Assembly (NCBI GenBank): GCA_951406725.2
Contig: OX597837.1
Span: 7,626,001-7,690,000 of the forward strand
Length of the DNA stretch: 64,000 nt
From: Octopus vulgaris
Taxonomy: Eukaryota
Direction: 5' to 3'
This document shows positions 56,474 to 64,000 of the stretch, piece by piece (within the stretch, counting starts at the first letter, position 1; each line of letters starts with the position of its first letter). Below the pieces are notes generated by a model, which did not search any database, was not told the DNA's origin, and worked only from the letters and a program-made list of their open reading frames with translations. The position numbers and the translations under genes were made by a program.

Positions 56474-56601
56474 AATTGAAAAAGTTCGTCATAGGTATAA
56501 AGATGCCATAAGCAATTACAAAAATGGAGAAAAGATGTTAACATCTTTTCTCCATTTTTGTAATTGCTTATGGCATCTTTATACCGACAAACTTTTTCAA
56601 T

Positions 56602-56602
<1 letters not shown>
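56474..56602. repeat. Loopless palindrome with 46-bp perfect arms
   Basis: 56494-56539 is the exact reverse complement of 56540-56585 (centre GATGTT|AACATC); pairing continues outward after a 3-nt bulge. Confidence 0.9.
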
Positions 56603-56639
<37 letters not shown>

Positions 56640-56664
56640 ACTATGTTACATTACTCGGTAGTCA

Positions 56665-56727
56665 AGATAAAACTCTGAGTTTCAGATGCCGAAGTGGAAA
56701 TCCACAACACCATCTCTTCGGTTATCT
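56665..56727 (-). ncRNA. Hammerhead ribozyme motif (CCGAAGA core)
   Basis: Minus strand: agataa-CCGAAGA-gatg..gtgga tt tccac..catct-GAAA-ctcagag-TT-ttatct; 6-bp stem I. Confidence 0.65.
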
Positions 56728-57691
56728 GGCTATTTGAAAACGCTATGAAAAAATACCGTTATATAAAGGGAAATTACTGTGTTATAACTCTGCTTGCCTG
56801 CGTACTTATACATCGCTCGCATTTTTCGTCATAAAAATTATATAAAAATATATAAAAATATATAAAATCTTCTTGGGACATAAAATAGAAAGCATGTTCT
56901 ATCTGTTTTCTTTAGGGGACCAAAAACGTAACAGAAATTTAATCACATTTGGGCATGATCCGAAAAGTTCTGTCCTTGTGTTTAGACATATAGTAGGGTC
57001 TAAGCTGCTTTTCCTTTTGTTATCTTACCGTTTTACCAATATATATATGGAGAACGGACGTTAAACGATGATGATGATGATATATATATATATACACTAG
57101 GGAAATTTTCAGCCCCACGCCTTACACACACACACACATATACACACATAATGGGCTTCTTTAAGTTTTCAACTATGAAATTCACTTATAAGCCTCGGGT
57201 TGGCCCAGATCTGCAGAAGAGTAACCTGATCATGTTGGAATGCAGGAGAACTGAACTTGAAACCCTATTATCAGAGGGCAAACCTTTTAATCACACAGCC
57301 ATACCTGCACCAATCAGCATGCATAAGCCTATCTTTCTCCCTCTCTCTCTACCTATCTATCAATCTATCTATCTTTATGCATATATGTTTGTGTGAGTAT
57401 ATATATATATAATTTATCGGGGTCAATAAATTAAGTAGTAGTAACTGACTTAATCCCTTTGTCTGATGATGATATATGAGAAAAATGTCATAAATAATGG
57501 GTATTATAAATATATTTGTGCATTATAGGCTTACAGCTGTTTCCATATGTACATACGTGTGCATGCGTGGGCTTCTGTGTGCTTGTCTCTAGACATGATA
57601 TGGTGGTTGTAAATGAGCATCATTGTCATACAGGCGGGGTTGCTAGTTTCTGGTCATGTGTGAAAAACGTGTCTGGTCATAGGGAAATAGC

Positions 57692-58107
57692 TATTTCTTT
57701 ACTACCCACAAGGGGCTAAACACAGAGTGGACAAACAAGACAGACATATGAATTAATTCGATTATATCGACCCCAGTGCTTAACTGGTATTTAATTTATC
57801 GACCCCGAAAGGTTGAAAGGCCAAGTCGACCTCAGCGGAATTTGAACTCAGAACATAGAGACAGAGAAAATACCTATTTCTTTACTACCCACATGGGGCT
57901 AAACACAGAGGGGACAAACAAGACAGACACATGGATTAAGTCGATTATATCGACCCCAGTGCGTAACAGGTACTTAATTTATCGACCCCGAAAGGATGAA
58001 AGGCAAAGTCGACCTCGGCGGAATTTGAACTCAGAATGTAACGGCAGACGAAATACCGCTAAGCACTTTGCCTGGCGTGCTAACATTTCTGCCAGCTCGC
58101 CGCCTTC
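57692..58107 (-). mobile_element. SINE family 2 dimer with a 12-bp TSD
   Basis: Tails at 57692 and 57875; TSD CAT(A/G)GGGAAATA at 57678-57689 and 58108-58119. Confidence 0.8.
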
Positions 58108-58978
58108 CATGGGGAAATACTACCGTGCTTGGAAACAGGCAAGAGTTAGCCACAGGAAGAGCAACCAGCCAGCCAAAAAAAAAAAAAAAATCTGCCTCGA
58201 CAAATTCTGCAAGCATGGCAAAGTGGACATATGATGATGATGATGATGAGGAGGAGGAGGAGGAGGATTGCGATGGCGTTTGGAACACAGAACGTACATC
58301 AATATATTGAGATGGTGTCCAGAATACATAAAAGATATTGGTATATCATAATGGTGTTTGGAACATAAACATATATTTCATAACACTCTGCGAGAAGCTT
58401 CAGAAAAGACAAATAGTTATATATTTGTATACAAGGCTTGCTTTAGCAACGACATTACAAAAGACTAATGTGTATATTGGTTTATTTCGATGATGTGAAA
58501 GACATAGATGGAGACGAATATATGTATATATTGGTATATTGGTACATTGGTGCATTACAGAAGTTGTTTGGAACAAAGAGAGAATGTATTTGTATATTAA
58601 AATGTTGCTTGGATACATATATATATACATATATATATATTATATACACACATATACATATATATATATATACATATATATACATATATATATATATACA
58701 TATATATATGTGTGTGTGTGTGTGTATATATACATATATATATGTATGTATATATATATATGTTAGGTGGAGGAGAAGCTGTGTGGTAAGTGGCTTACTT
58801 ACAAACCACATGGTTCTAGGTTCAGTCCCACTGCGTGGCACCTTGGGCAAGTGTCTTCTACTATAGCCTCGGGCCAACCAAAGCCTTGTGAGTGGATTTG
58901 GTAGATGGAAACTGAAAGAAGCCTGTCGTATATATGTAGATGTATGTATATATATATGTATGTGTGTGTGTGTATGTA

Positions 58979-59017
<39 letters not shown>

Positions 59018-59192
59018 ACCGTTGCCTGACAACCGATGCTGGTGTGTTTATGTCCCCGTAACTTAGCAGTTCAGCAAAAGAAAACCCATAGAATAAGTAC
59101 TAGGCTGACAAAGAATAAGTTCTGGGGTCGATTTGCTTGACTGAAGGTGGTGCTCCAGCATGGCCACAGTCAAATGACCGAAACAAGTCAAA

Positions 59193-59234
<42 letters not shown>

Positions 59235-59426
59235 TTTATTTGTTTCAGGCATTTGACTGCAACCATGCTGGAGCACCACCTTTAGTCAAACAAATCGACC
59301 CCAGGACTTATTCTTTGTCAGCCTAGTACTCATTCTATCAGGCACTTGCCCAAGGTGCACATGAAGTGGGACTGAACCTGGAACCATGTGGTTGGGAAGC
59401 AAGCTTTTTACCATACAACTCCTGCA

Positions 59427-59483
<57 letters not shown>

Positions 59484-60121
59484 GTGTTTGTGCATATACG
59501 TATATAATCACACAAATATAACAGAGATACAGATCTACACACACCAATAAATATAGTCATGTGTCTATTTTTATATGTGTATAAATTCACAAACACACAT
59601 ACGTATGTACGCATCCGTCGGTATGTATACAAATTCCGATGATCCATTCGTGCGTATATATATATACATATGATGATATCGCACAGATCAGGAGATAACA
59701 CGGCTACGCAACTAAAGTTAAACATCTTCTTTATCAAATTTATATACCTACATGGATACAGGTGTGACTGTGTGGTAAGATGTTTGTTTCATAACTACCT
59801 GGTTCTGGGTTCAATCCCACCGCGAGGCACCTTGGTTGTCTTCTACTATAGCTTCGGGTCGACCAAAGCCTTGTAAGTTTATATGGCAAATGAAAACTGA
59901 AAGAAACTTGTATGTATGTAAAGTAAATTCAATTCCTCATAAACTAATGTTTATCTTTGTCATCACCTGTAATCTATGAGCATAATGCCTGCATATGTAT
60001 GTCCAGGGTTAACAGGTAATCATACCGGTGGTATAACGGATACTTTTATCCCTTAGGCAGGTATTCAAACGTCTAAATCTCCTAACCTTATATATATATA
60101 TATAATCTGAAATATCCGTCA

Positions 60122-60215
60122 TGGCTGGTCTTACCAATTGGTTTCATGTAAAGAATATAATGGAGTGTTAGCTAAGAAATCGATTATATAACTTTACACT
60201 CATCAGAGATAGTCA
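60122..60215 (-). ncRNA. Type I hammerhead motif, family B copy 2 (pseudo-LTR at about 59990-60270)
   Basis: Minus strand: tct-CTGATGA-gtgtaaag..ctttacat-GAAA-ccaattgg-TA-aga; 8-bp stem II; palindromic stem III. Confidence 0.8.
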
Positions 60216-60269
60216 ATATGGAAGGGAATATGGCAACTGCTCTGTATTGTCAGAGGTAGATTATTATTC

Positions 60270-60307
<38 letters not shown>

Positions 60308-60899
60308 ATATATATATATACATACATCTTTGTGTGTGTGTGTGTGTATATGTGTGTGGTCGTGTCTGTGTTAGACTCCCACCAATGCTTGACAACCAGT
60401 GTTGGCGCATTTACATCCTAGTAACTTAGCAGTTCAACAAAAGTGACTGACAGACTAAGTGCCATGCTCAAAAAACAAAGTACTGGGGTGGGAGGGCGCA
60501 ATTTCTTCAACTAGTCACAGAACACATGCCAAAGCGGACAACGGAGCTAAGCACATCATTCCGACTTGCCAGCTCCTGACAAACCATCCAACCCATGCCG
60601 GCATAAAAAAACAGATGTAAAATGACGATGATGTGTGATGCATGTTTGTTTATTTGCATGTATGTATGTACATACACATATATATATGTATTGTATGAAT
60701 GTACACACACATTCCTCCTCCTTCCCTCTACTTTTTCCTCAAGCCTCATCAACCAGAAATTCAATTTAGCTGTGTAATTGACCGAGTGGCTATCTGCACC
60801 TCCTCCAAACATCGTAATATTTACTCAACGGTGCCATGATGCCGCAATAAAGTAGCTGCTAACTTTCAATTAACCGAAAATTTTTATTACTGAACCTTT

Positions 60900-60936
60900 G
60901 TTATTTCTTTTATTACTATTATCATTATTTTTATTA

Positions 60937-60970
<34 letters not shown>

Positions 60971-61058
60971 TTATTATTATTATTATTATTATTTTTGTTA
61001 TTTTATCATTATTATTATTATTATTTTTACGAACTATTGTTGTTGTTACTATTATTAC

Positions 61059-61103
<45 letters not shown>

Positions 61104-61235
61104 GAATTATTGTTGTTGTTACTATTATTACTATTATTATTATTATTATTATTTTTACGAATTATTGTTGTTACTATTATTAGTATTATTATTACTATTA
61201 TTATTATTATTTTTACGAATTATTGTTGTTACTAC

Positions 61236-61273
<38 letters not shown>
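60900..61273. repeat. (TTA)n microsatellite with an internal duplication
   Basis: TTTTTACGAA(C/T)TATTGTTGTT recurs three times. Confidence 0.9.
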
Positions 61274-61274
<1 letters not shown>

Positions 61275-61888
61275 AGGCGTCTCTTGAGAGCTACAAATTG
61301 CATGCATGTTCTTTACTATGTTGGGACAAAGTGCAAATACAGGCCCTTACAGAAACAGTGCCCTCCACCATCCTGCTCTCACTCCCATTTCACTACTCCC
61401 CCCACACACACACACACTCCACCCCACCCTACCACCTCTTTTGGCAAGTGTGGCATGTTCTAATCCCTACCTTGACAACAAGGGCCGCCACCACCCACCC
61501 ACCTATTCCTACCGTAGCTCAAACTAATTCTGACAGCAGTGAAGACTCATTTTTTTTTTCATACCCCACTTCCTAGTAAACCTACCCCTACCAAGTACCC
61601 TGCAGATGCTGTCTATGTTCTCCCATCTTTCTATCTAATATCATGAAACCAGCTGCATTTCAGGGCCATCTGATTTATATTTAATATCATCCTCATCATC
61701 ATCATTAAATGTCTGTTTTCTATGCTGTCATGGGTTGGACAGTTCAGTTAGATCTGGTTAGCTGGTAAGGCTGGAGAGCTACCGGTAGTATAACAGATAC
61801 TTTCATCCCTTAGGCAAGTATTCCAACTTCTAAATCTACTAAACTTATATATATATAATCTGAAATGTATAGAATTAAATATCCATCA

Positions 61889-61982
61889 TGGTTGGTCTTA
61901 CCAATTAGTTTCATGTAAAGAATACAACAGAGTGTTAGCTAAGAAACTGATTATATAACTTTACGCTCATCAGAGTTAGCCA
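61889..61982 (-). ncRNA. Type I hammerhead motif, family B copy 3 (pseudo-LTR at about 61780-62040)
   Basis: Minus strand: tggctaact-CTGATGA-gcgtaaag..ctttacat-GAAA-ctaattgg-TA-agaccaacca. Confidence 0.7.
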
Positions 61983-62206
61983 ATACGTAAGGGAATATGG
62001 TAGCTGCTCTGTATTGTCAGAGGTGGATTATGATTCATGTGTATGTGTGTGTGCTTGTGTCTGTGTTAGACTCCCATCAATGCTTGACATCTATTTTGGT
62101 TTGGTTTCTATGGCTGGATGCCCTTTCTAATGCCAACCCCTTTATAGAGTGTACTGGGTGCTCTCACACCTACCCTATGGTGTCATTCTAAAAATAAATA
62201 AACATA

Positions 62207-62372
62207 GGCATAGGAGTGGCTGTGTGGTAAGTAGCTTGCTAACGAACCACATGGTTCTGGGTTCAGTCCCACTGGGTGGCACCTTGGGCGGGCAAATGTC
62301 TTCTACTATAGCCTCGGGCTGACCAAAGCCTTGTGAGTGGATTTTGTAGACAGAAACTGAAAAAAGCCCGTC

Positions 62373-62406
<34 letters not shown>

Positions 62407-62775
62407 TTTGTAAGCCTAATACTTATTCTATCGGTCTCTTTTGCTGAACCACTAAGTTATGAGCATGTAAACACACCAGCATCTGTTGTCAAGCGATGTT
62501 GGGGGGACAAACACAGACACACAAACATATACACACACATACATATATGTGTGTATATATGTTTGTGTGTCTGTGTTTGTCCCCACCAACATCGCTTGAC
62601 AACTGATGCTGGTGTGTTTAGGCCCCCGTAACTTAGTGGTTCAGCAAAAGAGAGTGATAGAACAAGTACTAGGCTTACAAAGAATAAGTCCTGGGGTCGA
62701 TTTGCTAGACTAAAGGTGGTGCTCCATCATGGCCACAGTCAAATGACTGAAACAAGTAAAAGAGTAAAAGAGAAC
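62207..62775. mobile_element. SINE family 1 containing an inverted copy of its own 3' half
   Basis: Head (+) 62207-62375; inverted segment 62404-62545; 3' half (+) 62550-62775. Confidence 0.8.
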
Positions 62776-62876
62776 CGCATCATTTGAAAGCTTGAAACTA
62801 CAAGATAATGCAGGATTCCTTCAAAACAACCTGGATAAATAAGCATTAACATTTGACAGACTGATCTGAATGTTAA

Positions 62877-63098
62877 CCGTTTCGTTACCAACCCTGCAGA
62901 AACTGGCTCTGGTTCTGAGTACAAATGTCTTGTTTCCATAAGTTTTGAATTAGAATATTCCAGCAAACCTTAGTCACAAGTTATGTTCCTAACATTAGCT
63001 GAATGATAATACTAAGTTATTTTACTAAATTCTTTGTTATATTTAAAGTAATTCAAAGAAACACAGAGCATCTCAAAATAAATACAGTAACGAAAGGG
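62877..63098. mobile_element. piggyBac-like MITE; a related decayed copy starts at about 63600
   Basis: TTAA at 62873-62876 and 63099-63102; TIR CC(G)TTTCGTTAC / GTAACGAAAGGG. Confidence 0.8.
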
Positions 63099-63119
63099 TT
63101 AAAGGATTAACTGACAACC

Positions 63120-63600
63120 CTATTAGGCTTGTTTGGCAAGGTGGATTCTTTTGGGGACAACTGCATTAGGAAGTGTTGAGTTCTAGTTCTGAAGGGAACC
63201 TGTGGAAGGGGTAGATCCAGGAACACATGGGACAAAATGGTGAGAGAGGATCTTCGGATGTGGGGCCTCACTCAGGAAATGATAAGGGACCAGGGGCCGT
63301 GGCGATTTGTTGTACTTGAGAAGAGATGTCAAGCTAAGTGAAATCCTTATCGTCCATAGATACAGGCTTGTCCTTTACAGGTGCCACGTCGAATGCACTT
63401 GGGTCGGTGCTGCATAAATGCACATATGCTGGTGGCAAGTAAAAAGCACCCAGTACACTCTGTAAATTGGTTGGCATTAGGAAGGGTATCCAGCTGTAGA
63501 AACCATGTCACAACAGACAACTGGAGTTTGGCCAGTTCCCTGCCTGGCCAGCTCCTGTCAAACTATCCAACCCATGCCAATTTGAAAAACAAACATTAAA
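63120..63600 (+). mobile_element. RTE LINE 3' end (ORF2 C-terminus plus 3'UTR)
   Basis: DNCIRKC*VLVLKGTCGRGRSRNTWDKMVREDLRMWGLTQEMIRDQGPWRFVVLEKRCQAK*, followed by the GGAAGGGTATCCAGCTGTAGAAAC UTR. Confidence 0.8.
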
Positions 63601-64000
63601 CCATTTTCATAGCCACCCACCTGAGGCAATCCCTGCTTCTGTACAACAATTTTCCAGTTTCAAAAGTGAACTGAATTAAAAGGTTCCATGACATTCCCAC
63701 GTGAATTTATTTCCTAAATTCCAGTTTAACCTTTTTTTGATACAAACCCACCAGGAGCAATTCTTTGTTCTCTGGTACCAATTCCATTCATTCATTCGTT
63801 CAAAGTTATTTAAATTAAAAGCTTCCATCAAAAATATCTCTTTAATTTATGTTACAGACACCAGATTAATAACGGACGAAGCTGTTTTGCTAAATTCTTC
63901 ATTATGTTTCAAATTAATTGAAACAGAAATGTGGTAATGAATGTGTTAACAACGACGAAGTTAATTTAGTCAATTCCAAAAAAAACTTAGTCAATTAAAA

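Noticed and set aside
59635-59710. CCGATGA-tcc...gga-GATAA hammerhead-like layout
   Set aside because: GAAA, stem III and stem I are missing; too degenerate to call.

Overview
Eukaryotic, AT-rich, repeat-saturated DNA, most likely from an octopus (inferred from the tRNA-derived SINE families, RTE tails and very high microsatellite load). No host protein-coding exon can be supported, and nearly all ORFs in the track are microsatellite translations. The window is probably a giant intron or intergenic DNA. It contains decayed retroelements (CR1-like, RTE, R4/Dong-like, Penelope-like pseudo-LTRs), decayed DNA transposons (Tc1 with DD36E spacing, maT/DD37D-like, mariner, piggyBac-like and other MITEs), several SINE families and many foldback palindromes. 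The most interesting signals are (1) about 17 complete or partial type-I hammerhead ribozyme motifs from at least 8 sequence families, read by eye, including a U3-A8 core variant present as a head-to-head pair; (2) a consensus recursive-splicing (AG|GT ratchet) site on the minus strand at about 25447, held in a 10-bp hairpin; (3) a tandem (TAA)n-targeting non-coding retroelement; and (4) a scrambled, near-identical duplication patchwork at about 40.9-46.2 kb that may be an assembly artefact. All family assignments come from motif recognition, not database searches.
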